From Chloroflexota bacterium (GTDB lineage: Bacteria; Chloroflexota; UBA11872): a stretch of 64,000 bases of DNA. Positions 8,829 through 18,628 of this stretch are shown here, piece after piece. How positions within the stretch are numbered: the first letter of the stretch is position 1; each line of letters starts with the position of its first letter. The stretch lies in contig OZ253587.1 in the NCBI GenBank assembly GCA_965263175.1, positions 136,105 through 200,104 of the forward strand. Reading direction: 5' to 3'. Below the pieces are notes generated by a model, which ran no database searches, was not told the origin of the DNA, and saw nothing but the letters and a program-made list of their open reading frames with translations. The position numbers and the translations under genes are program-made.

Positions 8829-9746
8829 CTAGCCCCCGCCAAACTGCAGGATCGACCAACTCACGGCCACCCACGCAATCACTGACGCCAGGATTCCCGG
8901 GTCTCCCAGCAGGACGCGCTCGGGTTCCTCGCCCGATCCGTTGGCCTGCAGGAGATAGACATACCGCAGGATTCCGTACAGCACGATCGGGATGGTGATC
9001 ATCATCAGGTGGTTCTCCGGCAGGTTGGGCGCGGAAAACGTGTACAGGGCGTAGCTGAGCGGCGTGGCCGAGGCCGTAATGACGATGAGCGTACGCAGGA
9101 ATTCCGGCGTATAGCGGTCCAGAACCGGACGGGCCGCGGACGAACGGGCTTCCGCGCCAAGTTCAGCCCAGCGTTTGCCCACGGCCAGGAACAACGCCAG
9201 CAGGAACGTGCAGATATAGAGCCAGGGCGAGATCGGCACCTCGATCACCAGGGCGCCCGCCGCCGCGCGAATCACAAACCCCACCGCAATCGCCAGTAGA
9301 TCCAGGATCACCAGGTGCTTGAGCACCAGCGAATAGCCGATCTGCAGCGCCAGATACACCGCCAGCGCCGCCCCAAACGGCCAGGTCAGCGATGTGGCCA
9401 GCGCCAAGGCCGCGACGCTGAAGAGCGCTCCCACGCCAACGGCCATGCCAACTGGCACCAGCCCGGCCGCGATCGGTCGGTGCCGCTTGACCTCATGCTG
9501 GCGGTCGCGTGACGCATCAATCGCGTCGTTCAGCATGTACAGCCCGGCCGTGGCCAGCGTGAAGATGGCCACGGCGGCCACGGCGGCCAGCAGGCTGGCG
9601 CCGCTGTGGAACTCGCGCGAAAACAGTAGCGCGGCCAGCACCAGCAGGTTCTTCGGCCACTGCCGCGGCCGGCTGCTGACGGCAAGCCCCACCAGCCTGG
9701 CCCTCAGCCTGGGGGATGGCTCCTGCGGTCGCTGCGCGGGTGTCAT
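8829..9746 (-). CDS. UbiA family prenyltransferase (decaprenyl-phosphate phosphoribosyltransferase-like)
   Basis: NDAIDASRD (NDxxDxxxD) motif and KRHRPIAAG, with about 8 TM helices. The start may instead be at 9836. Confidence 0.7.
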   Translation of the reverse strand: MTPAQRPQEPSPRLRARLVGLAVSSRPRQWPKNLLVLAALLFSREFHSGASLLAAVAAVAIFTLATAGLYMLNDAIDASRDRQHEVKRHRPIAAGLVPVGMAVGVGALFSVAALALATSLTWPFGAALAVYLALQIGYSLVLKHLVILDLLAIAVGFVIRAAAGALVIEVPISPWLYICTFLLALFLAVGKRWAELGAEARSSAARPVLDRYTPEFLRTLIVITASATPLSYALYTFSAPNLPENHLMMITIPIVLYGILRYVYLLQANGSGEEPERVLLGDPGILASVIAWVAVSWSILQFGGG

Positions 9747-9762
9747 GGCGCGATCAGGCCGG

Positions 9763-10467
9763 TCAGTCGCCGTACCGGCGGTCCAGCACCGCGTTGGCGG
9801 CCCGAACCACCCCGGCAAAGGCGAGCAGCAGGCCAACCAGGGTGCCGGCCGCAGCCCACGCCTCGCCGGCCGCGGCCCACGTCAGCAGCGCAAAGACTCC
9901 CCAGGCCGACCCCACCAGGCCCAGGATGATCAGCGGGAAGATCACTCCAATCGCCATCACCGTGTAGCCCGCCGTCTGCCGCACCAGGCCGGCGTCCACC
10001 ACGCGAAACGCGCGCCGGCTCGTACGGTCCAGGTGATAGGCCGCCGTGAACCAGAACACGCCCAAGATCAGCGGCGCGCCGACCCAGGCCGCCGCAACCA
10101 GGCTCGTCGACCGGTCCACGCGCGGGTCGTCGGGCGCTGGAATCGGCGGCCAGGCCATGTCCAGCGCCAGCGCCGCCTGGACCGACTCCACAATCCCGCC
10201 GGACCATGGCACCGCCACCGAAAGCAGCCCCCAGGTCAGCGCCCCCATCAGCGCCACGCCCAGGATCGTCAGACCGGTCCCGCGCCAGGTGCCGTCCATG
10301 CGCCGCAGCTGGTCCTGAACCATGACCAGGGTCTCTCGCAGCGTCAGCGGCTGGTACGGATCCTCGGACGTCGGCGCCGCGCGCTCCGCGGCCGGCGGCG
10401 GCGAGTCCGCCGGCTCGAGACCGACGTCGTCCTCAGGCCGGCTTGCTGGCGTCACCCGCTTGATCAC
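9763..10467 (-). CDS. hypothetical membrane protein
   Basis: Hydrophobic segments, and codon bias consistent with the genome. No family recognised. The start is uncertain. Confidence 0.35.
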   Translation of the reverse strand: MIKRVTPASRPEDDVGLEPADSPPPAAERAAPTSEDPYQPLTLRETLVMVQDQLRRMDGTWRGTGLTILGVALMGALTWGLLSVAVPWSGGIVESVQAALALDMAWPPIPAPDDPRVDRSTSLVAAAWVGAPLILGVFWFTAAYHLDRTSRRAFRVVDAGLVRQTAGYTVMAIGVIFPLIILGLVGSAWGVFALLTWAAAGEAWAAAGTLVGLLLAFAGVVRAANAVLDRRYGD

Positions 10468-10776
10468 CAGCGACGGCGCAGCCGACTGCTCGTCAGTGGG
10501 TGCGTCCGCACTCGGCCCAGGATCGGAGCGGCGTTCAGCGAGCGAGGATGCCAGCGGGTCAGCAGCGCGCGCAGAGCGTCGCGGCGCACCCGGCGGTTGC
10601 TCGCCATGCGTGTCGGCGGCCGTCCGGGTCGGCTGCCGGGCTTCGGGCTCGACGCGTGACGACGCGTCGGCATCGGACGCCCGATCGCGGCGCGGACGCG
10701 GCGGTCGAGGACGGCTGGGAATGAGACGGGCCTCCGGGCCAGATGCGGCTGGCCAATATTACGGAGACGCCAGCCA

Positions 10777-11442
10777 GTGAACCGCTCCCGGCGGACGGCC
10801 GGGCCACTCCTGAGCCCGCCTCGGAATCCCGACGCCTGGGTAAGTACCCACCGCGCCACCTACGAGCGCATGGCGGTGGACTACGCCCGCCGCATCGACG
10901 ACTACGCCGCCGCCGACGAAGCCGAACGCTTCACACGCCTGGCCGCGCCGTCGGACTGGAGCGGGCCGCGCATCCTCGACGCCGGCTGTGGCCCGGGCCG
11001 CGACGCCGCCCTGCTGCGGCTGGCCGGCGCCGAAGTCGTCGGCCTGGATCTGGCTCGGGCCATGCTGCAGGAAGCCCGGCGTCTCGACGAAAGCGCCCGG
11101 CTCTGCCAGGGCGACCTGCGTCGCCTGCCCTTCGCCGCGAACTCCTTCGACGCCGTCTGGTGCTTCGCCGCTCTGGGCCACCTGCCGCCCGCCGCCATCC
11201 CCCATGCGCTTAGCGAGTTCAGGCGCGTCCTCGATGGCGGCTGGCTCTACGTCGTCATCCGCCAAGGCTCCGGCGTCCGCGCCTCCTCCTGGCAGGGCTC
11301 GCTCCCCCGCTACTTCACCGACCTCACGCCCGAGACCCTCACCACCGCCCTCCACGCCGCCGGCTTCACCATCCACGAACAAAACACCTGGCCCGCCCCC
11401 AACCACCACCCCTGGCTCCACACCATCGCCCGGGGCTTCTGA
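10777..11442 (+). CDS. class I SAM-dependent methyltransferase (Methyltransf_11-like)
   Basis: ILDAGCGPGRDAALL (motif I), VVGLDLARAML, and FDAVWCFAALGHLP. Confidence 0.65.
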   Translation: MNRSRRTAGPLLSPPRNPDAWVSTHRATYERMAVDYARRIDDYAAADEAERFTRLAAPSDWSGPRILDAGCGPGRDAALLRLAGAEVVGLDLARAMLQEARRLDESARLCQGDLRRLPFAANSFDAVWCFAALGHLPPAAIPHALSEFRRVLDGGWLYVVIRQGSGVRASSWQGSLPRYFTDLTPETLTTALHAAGFTIHEQNTWPAPNHHPWLHTIARGF

Positions 11443-11447
11443 CCCCC

Positions 11448-12290
11448 TCAGTCGTTCAGCCAGGCCTCGTCCGGTTCCTCGCGCGGGCGGCCGCCGGCGG
11501 CGGTGTGGCGCTCGATGGCCGCAACAACCGCCCGCAGAAAGCCGTCCAACTCGCCCAGGTGCCCGCGCAACGCCTCGGCCACGGGAGCGCGGCCAATCGG
11601 ACCTGGAACGCGGTCCGACCCGGCGTCTCGAAACGTCACCGGCGCCTGAGCCACGCGTCGCCCGATGCCCGCAATATCCCCCAGCCAGATCCGTCGCTCC
11701 TGCAGCGCCGATCCCAGCGCGGGGTCCAGGAACATCAGGCGCCCCGTCAGTTCGCGGCCGCCGGGGTCCGGACGCACGCGCGACGCTAGCCGCAGGTCAA
11801 AGGCCTCGGCCAGCCAGCGTCCGGTTTGGGCCACGCTCTCGGCCACGTGACGCAGGGCCGCGCCGGCCAGCAGGTCGAACTCCGCCGTGGCCGGATCAGC
11901 CATCGCCGCGCCCGCCGCCGCGATGGCCGCCAGCCGGTAGTGCCCGAACACGCCCCAGGCGCAGTCCGACTCGGTCGTACCCGGCGCATCCGCGTACGCC
12001 TCCAGCAGCGGCCGGGCGAACGCCACGTCATGCGCAACGCCCGCGGGCAACGGCCGCCCCAGCGCCGCCAGGTCAGGCGGCGAGGCCGTCGGTCGACCGC
12101 CGAAAAGGTTCTCCACGAGGCTGCGAATCCACACCCATCGGTCGTCGGCAGAGAAGCCCTGGCGGTGGCGTCCGGCGAATCTGGCAGGCCGGTTCACTAC
12201 GATCTCTCGCCGCAATGTTTCACGTGAAACATCGCCGCCGTCACCCGGCCTGGGCCACAGGTCGGGGATACACTGAACGGCGTTTCGCAC
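11448..12290 (-). CDS. hypothetical protein
   Basis: Long ORF with genome-typical GC3 and no recognised motif. The start may be downstream of the parS site. Confidence 0.3.
   Translation of the reverse strand: MRNAVQCIPDLWPRPGDGGDVSRETLRREIVVNRPARFAGRHRQGFSADDRWVWIRSLVENLFGGRPTASPPDLAALGRPLPAGVAHDVAFARPLLEAYADAPGTTESDCAWGVFGHYRLAAIAAAGAAMADPATAEFDLLAGAALRHVAESVAQTGRWLAEAFDLRLASRVRPDPGGRELTGRLMFLDPALGSALQERRIWLGDIAGIGRRVAQAPVTFRDAGSDRVPGPIGRAPVAEALRGHLGELDGFLRAVVAAIERHTAAGGRPREEPDEAWLND
12216..12231. promoter_or_regulatory. parS site, TGTTTCACGTGAAACA (perfect match to consensus)
   Basis: Exact 16-bp palindrome identical to the ParB/Spo0J parS consensus tGTTNCACGTGAAACa, about 80 bp upstream of proS. 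Confidence 0.8.
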
Positions 12291-12310
12291 TCTGCCAACG
12301 GCCCTACTCC

Positions 12311-14074
12311 ATGCAGCGCATGTCCCGGTTATTCGCCCGCACGCTTCGCGACGATCCCGTCGAGGCGACCATCGTTTCCCATCGCCTCCTGTTGCGGGCT
12401 GGCTACATCCGGCCGTTGGGCGCGGGCATCTACAGCATGTTGCCGCTGGGCTGGCGGGTGCAGCGCCGGGTCGAGCAGATCGTGCGCGAGGAAATGGACC
12501 GCATTGGCTGCCAGGAACTGCTGATGCCCGTCGTCCACCCCTCCGATCTGTGGGAGCGCACGGGCCGCTTTCACTCGGTCGGCTCGGAGATGGCGCGGCT
12601 CAAGGACCGCTGGGGCCGCGACATGGTGCTGGCCATGACCCACGAGGAGGTCGCCACCGATCTCGGCAAGTGGGTCGCCTCGTCCTACCGCCAGCTGCCG
12701 CTTTGCATTTACCACTTCCAAACCAAGTTCCGCGACGAACCGCGCCCTCGCGGCGGTCTGCTGCGCGTCCGCGAGTTCACCATGAAGGACGCCTACAGCT
12801 TCAACACCGACCTTGAAAGCCAGGAGGCCACCTACCAGGACTTCATGACGGCCTACCTGCGCGCCTTCCGCCGCTGCGGCATCGAGCCGGCCGTCGTCGA
12901 ATCGGACGCCGGCGCAATGCAGGGATCCGGCGCCCACGAATTCCACTGCCTCACCGAGGCCGGCGAAGACACCCTGGTCGTCAGCGCCTCCGGCCGCTAC
13001 GCCGCCAACATTGAAATCGCAAAGGCCCAGAAGCCCGTCTTCGACCACGGCGAGCCGCAGCCTGTCGAAAAGGTCGCCACGCCCGGCCAGGAGACCATTG
13101 ACGACGTGGCCGCCTACCTGGGCGTGGAAACCCACCAGACCCTCAAGGCCGTCTTCTACTGGACCGGCGACGCCCTGGCCTTCGTGGCCATCCGCGGCGA
13201 CCTGCAGGTCAACGAAGCCAAGCTGCGCAGCCTGTTGCAAGCGCCCGACCTGCGGCTGGCCGCCGACCAGGAGCTCAAGGCCGCCGGCCTGGTCGCCGGC
13301 TACGCCTCACCCGTCGGACTGTCCAACGTCACCGTGGTGGTCGACGACTCCGTCGAGTCGACAACCAACCTGGTGGCCGGCGCCAACCAGCCTGGCTATC
13401 ACCTGATCAACGTCAACTTTCCGCGCGACTTTGAGGCCGATCTGCGCGGCGACATCGCCCAGGTGCGCGCCGGCGACCGCAGCATCGAGGACGACGAGCC
13501 GCTGGAGCTGATGACCGGCATTGAGATCGGCAACACCTTCAAGCTCGGTACCTTTTACAGCGACAAGTTGGACGCCCAATACCTGGCCGCCGACGGCCGA
13601 CGGCACCCCTTCATCATGGGCTCCTACGGCATCGGCATCGGCCGCCTGGCCGCCTCGGTGGTGGAGCGCTATCACGACGCCCACGGAATCATCTGGCCCG
13701 TCAGCGTGGCCCCCTACGACGTCCACATCGTGCAGCTCGGCGCCGGCGACGTGGCAGCGGACGCCGAGCGCCTGGCCGAGGAGCTCGAAGCCGCCGGCCT
13801 GGCCGTGCTGCTGGACGACCGCGGCGACAGCGCCGGAGTCAAATTCAACGACGCCGACCTGATCGGCCTGCCCTTCCGCCTCACCGTCAGCCGCCGCACC
13901 CTGGCTGCGTCGGCCGTCGAGTTCAAGCCCCGCGCGTCAACCGAACGCCAGTCCATCCCACGCGACCAGATCGTCAGCGCCGTCCTCGACGCCCGCGCCG
14001 CCGCGATCGCGGCCTTGACCCCCAACGCTCCCGTCACCATGCCCCCACTCGAAGCCGCCGGAGCAGTTCGCTAG
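12311..14074 (+). CDS. proS: proline--tRNA ligase (bacterial type with INS editing domain)
   Basis: MSRLFARTLRDDPVEATIVSHRLLLRAGYIRPLGAGIYSMLPLGWRV...LLMPVVHPSDLWERTGR aligns to the E. coli ProS N-terminus. About 587 aa. The ATG could be at 12311 or 12320. Confidence 0.85.
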   Translation: MQRMSRLFARTLRDDPVEATIVSHRLLLRAGYIRPLGAGIYSMLPLGWRVQRRVEQIVREEMDRIGCQELLMPVVHPSDLWERTGRFHSVGSEMARLKDRWGRDMVLAMTHEEVATDLGKWVASSYRQLPLCIYHFQTKFRDEPRPRGGLLRVREFTMKDAYSFNTDLESQEATYQDFMTAYLRAFRRCGIEPAVVESDAGAMQGSGAHEFHCLTEAGEDTLVVSASGRYAANIEIAKAQKPVFDHGEPQPVEKVATPGQETIDDVAAYLGVETHQTLKAVFYWTGDALAFVAIRGDLQVNEAKLRSLLQAPDLRLAADQELKAAGLVAGYASPVGLSNVTVVVDDSVESTTNLVAGANQPGYHLINVNFPRDFEADLRGDIAQVRAGDRSIEDDEPLELMTGIEIGNTFKLGTFYSDKLDAQYLAADGRRHPFIMGSYGIGIGRLAASVVERYHDAHGIIWPVSVAPYDVHIVQLGAGDVAADAERLAEELEAAGLAVLLDDRGDSAGVKFNDADLIGLPFRLTVSRRTLAASAVEFKPRASTERQSIPRDQIVSAVLDARAAAIAALTPNAPVTMPPLEAAGAVR

Positions 14075-14212
14075 GGCGTTTGCCCCAACACTCCGGACCG
14101 GCCGCCACTGAACGCTGACAGCCCCCGGTCTGGCGCAGGGCCTCGAGATCTTGCGCGGCGCCTAGAATGCCCCGGCTCCGCCGCCTGACGCGGTGGCCGC
14201 CGGTGCCTGGGC

Positions 14213-15316
14213 ATGCAGTGGATTAGAGATCCGCAACGCGACTCGCGCGAGGACCTTCGCGCGGCCCAGCAGGCCTTGGTGTATGCCGGCTATCCGCATT
14301 CCGACGCGGTGACCGAGGTCACCACCCACCTCAATCGCGTCCGCGCCGCCCTGGCCGCCCCCCGCCAGGCCCTCGTGGCCGGATTCCTGACCGGCGCGTC
14401 CATGGCCATCGGCGTCTTTCTGGTGCTGTCCCTGGCGCTCGGCGGGCTTGGCCTGGTGATGCGCGCTGTCGGCGATTCCGGGACTCCCGGCAACATCGGC
14501 CCGGCCGCATCCGACGCGGCGCCAGCGGAGGCTGGCCCTGGTTCGCCGCTCGGCGTCCTGCCGGCGGTGGTGGTGGCGGCGCCGGTGCTGGGACTTGCCG
14601 GAGCTGGCATGGCCCGCGTCACGCGTAACCGCTGGCGACGGGCCGGCGTCCTCCGCACGTTTACCGATCTGCGCCCGCGCCGCCGCTACCTGCTGGAAGC
14701 CGCCGCCGTCTGGCTGGGAGTGGCCGGAGTGATCGTGCTGATCGTCTGGGCATTGGCCGGACCGCGGCTGGGCGCCAACGTGGCGCAGGGGCTGGCCTTT
14801 TTCGGAATTCCCCTCGGTGCGGCCGCCTTCGCAGCCTGGTTTTCCAAGCTGTATGCCTTGATCTTGCCGCGAATAAGTCCCGTGGACGCTGCTGCTGCTG
14901 CGCGCCCAATCATTGAGCGCGACGCGGCACGGCAGGTTGTGTCGGAGCGGGGATACTACGGCCGCGCCGCCTATGACCGCACCGCCTACGATCGCAGCCG
15001 CTGGGCCGACGAGGTACTCGCCTCCAAGTCCCAGGGGGACTTTGCCGAGGCACGGCGTAGCCAAGCTACGGCCCGCGACATCGCCCAGCGGTCGGGGGCA
15101 TATTCATACGGCCAGACACCGTGGCGTCGTATCGCGCACTACGGCCTGATCACGGGCGGGGCCACGATTGCCGTCACCTTCCTCATCTATCGGATGGCTT
15201 GGCTCATGTCGCCGCAGGCGCCCGGCCCTGGGGTGGGAGTCCTCGCCCTGTTCGTCGGCCTCATCCTCGGCGTCGGCCTCACCTGGGTCTACGCCCGCTA
15301 CTTCGAGGGCCTGTGA
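14213..15316 (+). CDS. polytopic membrane protein, founding member of a local paralogous family (unknown function)
   Basis: N-terminus MQWIRDPQRDSREDLRAAQQAL, VTRNRWRRAGVL, ISPVDAAAAARPIIER, C-terminus GLTWVYARYFEGL. Paralogues lie at 16454..17290, 15348..15824 and the remnant at 18961..19068. Confidence 0.55.
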   Translation: MQWIRDPQRDSREDLRAAQQALVYAGYPHSDAVTEVTTHLNRVRAALAAPRQALVAGFLTGASMAIGVFLVLSLALGGLGLVMRAVGDSGTPGNIGPAASDAAPAEAGPGSPLGVLPAVVVAAPVLGLAGAGMARVTRNRWRRAGVLRTFTDLRPRRRYLLEAAAVWLGVAGVIVLIVWALAGPRLGANVAQGLAFFGIPLGAAAFAAWFSKLYALILPRISPVDAAAAARPIIERDAARQVVSERGYYGRAAYDRTAYDRSRWADEVLASKSQGDFAEARRSQATARDIAQRSGAYSYGQTPWRRIAHYGLITGGATIAVTFLIYRMAWLMSPQAPGPGVGVLALFVGLILGVGLTWVYARYFEGL

Positions 15317-15347
15317 ACGCCCACCTCGCACCGAAAGCACGGTCATC

Positions 15348-15824
15348 GTGACCCCCAGGCGCCCAACGGACGGTGATCGCGCGCGCCGCCCCTTTTCTGA
15401 TCCGCAGGACCCCTTCAACGAGCGACCACGTCGAGCATCGCGCAGCCAGCGGCGCCTCCAAGAATCCGCCCGCCGTGAGCAGGCGACACGTCATGTCGGT
15501 CGCCTATCCGCCCGGCGCGATGCAACGCTTGGATGGCGACTGGGGGTCTACGGGCTGATCACGGTCGGAACCACGCTCGTCGTCTGGCGCCTCACGCACT
15601 GGATCGTCTGGGCTTACGATCCCAGCGGCGCCGTGAGCACTCGCGTCGCGGGCCTCCCGAGGCCCGGGTTCTATGCCGGTCGTAGCGCCGCCGAAATCGC
15701 CGCCTCCGGCCTGGCGAATCAACCGGAGCCGGCGGCCTGGATCGACCCGGTTGGCCTAATCGTTGGTCTCGCCGTCGGCCTCGCCATCACCTGGGTCTAC
15801 ACCCGCTACTTCCAAAACCTGTAA
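15348..15824 (+). CDS. truncated paralogue (C-terminal TM domain only) of the 14213 family; possibly a pseudogene
   Basis: Frame-0 homology: TLGWRLGVYGLITVG...GLAITWVYTRYFQNL against the C-terminus of the 14213 product. There is no ATG. An in-frame GTG at 15348 is the best start candidate. Confidence 0.35.
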   Translation: MTPRRPTDGDRARRPFSDPQDPFNERPRRASRSQRRLQESARREQATRHVGRLSARRDATLGWRLGVYGLITVGTTLVVWRLTHWIVWAYDPSGAVSTRVAGLPRPGFYAGRSAAEIAASGLANQPEPAAWIDPVGLIVGLAVGLAITWVYTRYFQNL

Positions 15825-15916
15825 GCCCCCACGCGCGCCGTAGTCTGTGTCACCGTGGCGGCGGTCGATACAGACGCTGCGACTGTTCTCATACCGCCTA
15901 TTGAAAGAGCTAACCC

Positions 15917-16315
15917 TTGCAACTGGACTTCGCCTTCATCTGCGACTACGCCGACAGCACATCCAAGGTCGTGGCCATCGGCATTGGGTTCGATCAGATC
16001 CACGCCCCAAACCTCCCCGCCCGCCATCCGCGCCTCTGCGTCGTCGCTCGTTTCCGAGCCCACAAGACCGAGGTCGGTCGCAAGCAGGCAAAGGTCGTCA
16101 TTATGGACGCCGATGGCGCCGAAACCGCGGCAGTCCAGGGGAACCTTGAGTTCACGGAACTGATCAACCGTCTCGAAACCACAGCCACCCTGGTCGTCAA
16201 CTTCGACAACTTGAACTTCGAGCGCTACGGCCCCTACTCGGCGCACGTCCTACTCGACGGCAACGAAATGCACCGCATGGCCTTCGAAGTCTCCGAACCT
16301 CCGGCCGCAGGCTAG
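15917..16315 (+). CDS. small hypothetical cytoplasmic protein (132 aa)
   Basis: TTG start after an AAAGAG-like RBS. Beta-rich sequence (VVAIGIGF..., LVVNFDNLNFERYGPYSAHVLLDG). No family recognised. Confidence 0.4.
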   Translation: MQLDFAFICDYADSTSKVVAIGIGFDQIHAPNLPARHPRLCVVARFRAHKTEVGRKQAKVVIMDADGAETAAVQGNLEFTELINRLETTATLVVNFDNLNFERYGPYSAHVLLDGNEMHRMAFEVSEPPAAG

Positions 16316-16453
16316 ACCTTCGTCGCCGACGCAACTGACTTGATTCGCTTCGGGCATTCGGTCACACACGTTCACTGAGCAGCCACGGCATGCTGGGCGG
16401 CAGACCGGACAGCAAAGCGATCGTGGCGAGACCCAAAGGGCGGCGGTGCGATA

Positions 16454-17290
16454 ATGCCTTGGTTCTCCGACCCCCAACGCGACTCGCGCGACGACATTCG
16501 CGCCGCCCAGCAGGCGCTGAAATATGCCGGCGACCCGCGTTCCCAGGCCGAGGTCGATTACGCGACGCATCTGTACCGCGTGCGGGCGGCCTTGGCCACA
16601 CCCCGCCACGTCCTCGGGGCAGGCTTCCTGGTCAGCGCCGCCATGGCCGTGGCGCTGCTCCTGGCGCTGGGCGTCGGTTCGTTCCTGATAGTTGCGGCGT
16701 TCGGTTCAGCGGTCCCAGCTTGGGGGCCCGCCGGCCCCTTCGTGGTGCGTGGGCCGGACGATTCAGGGTCCTCGGGTGGGTCGCTGCTCGACATCCTTCT
16801 GCCTCTGGTGACGACCGTTGCAGTGCTGGGCGTGGCCGGGGCCGGGATTGCGCTGGTCACGCGCAACCGCTGGCGGCGCGCCGGCGTGCTGGACACGTAC
16901 ATCGACCTCGCCCCTCGGCAGTCCTACCTGCTGCAGACCGTGGCGGTCTGGGTGGGGGTTGGCGCTCTCATGGTCCTGGCTGTCCGGTGGCAGGGCGACG
17001 AGGAGATGGTCACCGGCGCCGTAGTGATGCTGACCTTTGCTGGGATTCCGCTGCTGGCTTTGCTGTTCTCCGCCATGTTTCCCAGCCTCTACAAGTGGCT
17101 CCTGCCCCGCTTCAGCCCGGTCGACGCCGCCGCTCACGCGCGGCCCATCATCGAGCGTGAGGCGGCACTGCGGATCAATGCCGACCGCGATCTCTACGGA
17201 CGCAGCGTCCACCGTCACAGCATCGACACCCGAAACCGGTGGGCGGACGAAGTCCTGGCTCGATCTGACGCCGCCCGACGCCGACGATAA
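16454..17290 (+). CDS. membrane protein, paralogue of the 14213..15316 product
   Basis: MPWFSDPQRDSRDDIRAAQQALKYAG, VTRNRWRRAGVL, FSPVDAAAHARPIIEREAAL, and RWADEVLARS are shared with the paralogue. Confidence 0.55.
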   Translation: MPWFSDPQRDSRDDIRAAQQALKYAGDPRSQAEVDYATHLYRVRAALATPRHVLGAGFLVSAAMAVALLLALGVGSFLIVAAFGSAVPAWGPAGPFVVRGPDDSGSSGGSLLDILLPLVTTVAVLGVAGAGIALVTRNRWRRAGVLDTYIDLAPRQSYLLQTVAVWVGVGALMVLAVRWQGDEEMVTGAVVMLTFAGIPLLALLFSAMFPSLYKWLLPRFSPVDAAAHARPIIEREAALRINADRDLYGRSVHRHSIDTRNRWADEVLARSDAARRRR

Positions 17291-17375
17291 ACCGAACGCC
17301 TTCCCCTGAAAACCGAGTCGTACCTACATGGCGCCCCGCAGCCTCAGCGGGCATGCCGTTTCGCGCTCCTTACCG

Positions 17376-17438
17376 GAGACCTTTGCCCAACGCCCCGCGT
17401 CCTCGACGGTGCGGCCCGCTCTTGCTCCCTCTCCCTGT
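17376..17438. mobile_element. MITE fragment (left half), interrupted by the IS5-family insertion
   Basis: GAGACCTTTGCCCAACGCC...CTCTTGCTCCCTCTCCCTGTG, followed directly by the IS terminal repeat. Confidence 0.65.
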
Positions 17439-18628
17439 GGAGACCTTTGCTTAACTGCGGCATGCACGGCCGAGGGGGTGAGATCGGGGCCAAACGGCGG
17501 CCAGCGGCGGCCACAACGGCCGGGCGCCGGGGGATCGTCGGGCGGTCCCGTGGGGTTCCCCCGCCGCGACGGCGCACGGATCCCACGTTAGCCACCGGCC
17601 AGCGCCTGCAAGCGGCTCGCGCGCCGCAGGTTGTAGGCCATACATTTGAACCACAGTTCCACCGCGTTCCGCGCCAGCCCCAGGTAGCGCACGGTCCGGT
17701 ACCCGTAGCTCCGCTTCAACGTCCCAAAGACGTGCTCCACCGGTGCCCGCACCTTCCCGATCAGCGCATTGCGCCGCTGCTGCCAGGAGGGCAGCCCGCG
17801 CTGGTGCTTGTGCGAGCGGTGCATGATCCGGTCGTTAATCCCCTGCGCCCGCAACCGCGCCCGCCGGGCCTTGGACTCGTAGGCCTTGTCCGCGTAGACC
17901 GCCCGCTCGTCGCCGCTGATCAACGTGTCCGCCACCTCGCTTTCGTTCACGTGCGCCGGCGTCAGCACGGCTCGCCGGATCAGCCCCGACGCCGCATCGA
18001 CCCCCAGGTGCGCCTTGTAGCCGAAGGGGGCGCGCCCACCTTTGCGCGTCCAACTCGCCTCCGGGTCGGTGGCACTGCCCGCCCCCGGCCCCTCGTCCAT
18101 CGACGGCCGCCGCGCCTGCGCCGCCACCAGCGTCGCGTCCAGGAGCGTGCCCGCCTTGACCAGCCAGCCGGCGGCGTCCACTTGCCGGGTCACCTCGGCG
18201 AACAAGCACTCGCCCAAGCCCCGGTCCGCCAGCGCGGTCCGAAAGCGGCTGATCGTCGAGTGGTCGGGCACCGGGTCCTGCAGGCCCAGCCCGACGAAGC
18301 GCCGGAACGACAGCCGGTCCCAGAGCGCCGCCTCGATCTCGGGGTCGGAGGCCTGGTACCACTGCTGCAACAGCAACACCTTCACCATCAGCAGCGGCGG
18401 ATAGCTGGGCCGCCCCTCGGGGGCGGCGTAGATGTCGCTGACCACGACCGCGAGCCGCTCCCAGTCCACGACCTCGTGGAGCTGGTCCAGCCGCGCGTTA
18501 CGGCCCACCGGCGGCGGCAACCACGCGTCCACGAACGAGGCGTCCCCTACCTGTCGATGCATGGGCCATCTCCACCAAAGTCCCGTCGTCCCCATGGTGG
18601 CCGCATAGCCCAGTTATGCAAAGGTCTC
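17439..18628. mobile_element. IS5-family insertion sequence (about 1.19 kb), copy 1
   Basis: Imperfect TIRs GGAGACCTTTGCTTAACTGCGGCATGC / GGAGACCTTTGCATAACTGGGCTATGC (the right TIR read as reverse complement). Flanked by the 6-bp direct repeat CCTGTG. Encodes one DDE transposase. Confidence 0.7.
17588..18595 (-). CDS. IS5 family DDE transposase
   Basis: N-terminus YPPLLMVKVLLLQQWYQASDPEIEAALWDRLSFRRFVGL (InsH-N/DUF772-like). C-terminus VEHVFGTLKRSYGYRTVRYLGLARN. 335 aa. Confidence 0.8.
   Translation of the reverse strand: MGTTGLWWRWPMHRQVGDASFVDAWLPPPVGRNARLDQLHEVVDWERLAVVVSDIYAAPEGRPSYPPLLMVKVLLLQQWYQASDPEIEAALWDRLSFRRFVGLGLQDPVPDHSTISRFRTALADRGLGECLFAEVTRQVDAAGWLVKAGTLLDATLVAAQARRPSMDEGPGAGSATDPEASWTRKGGRAPFGYKAHLGVDAASGLIRRAVLTPAHVNESEVADTLISGDERAVYADKAYESKARRARLRAQGINDRIMHRSHKHQRGLPSWQQRRNALIGKVRAPVEHVFGTLKRSYGYRTVRYLGLARNAVELWFKCMAYNLRRASRLQALAGG

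Noticed and set aside
9394-10659. 421-aa plus-strand ORF, with many other Arg/Pro-rich ORFs in 9000-11200
   Set aside because: Low-complexity Arg/Gly/Pro-rich composition, antisense to the UbiA and membrane-protein genes. No motif.
10988-14074. 1028-aa plus-strand ORF in the track
   Set aside because: Only the last 588 codons (from 12311) are ProS. The upstream 440 codons are a Pro/Arg/Ala-rich read-through of the antisense strand of the 11448..12290 gene and the intergenic region.
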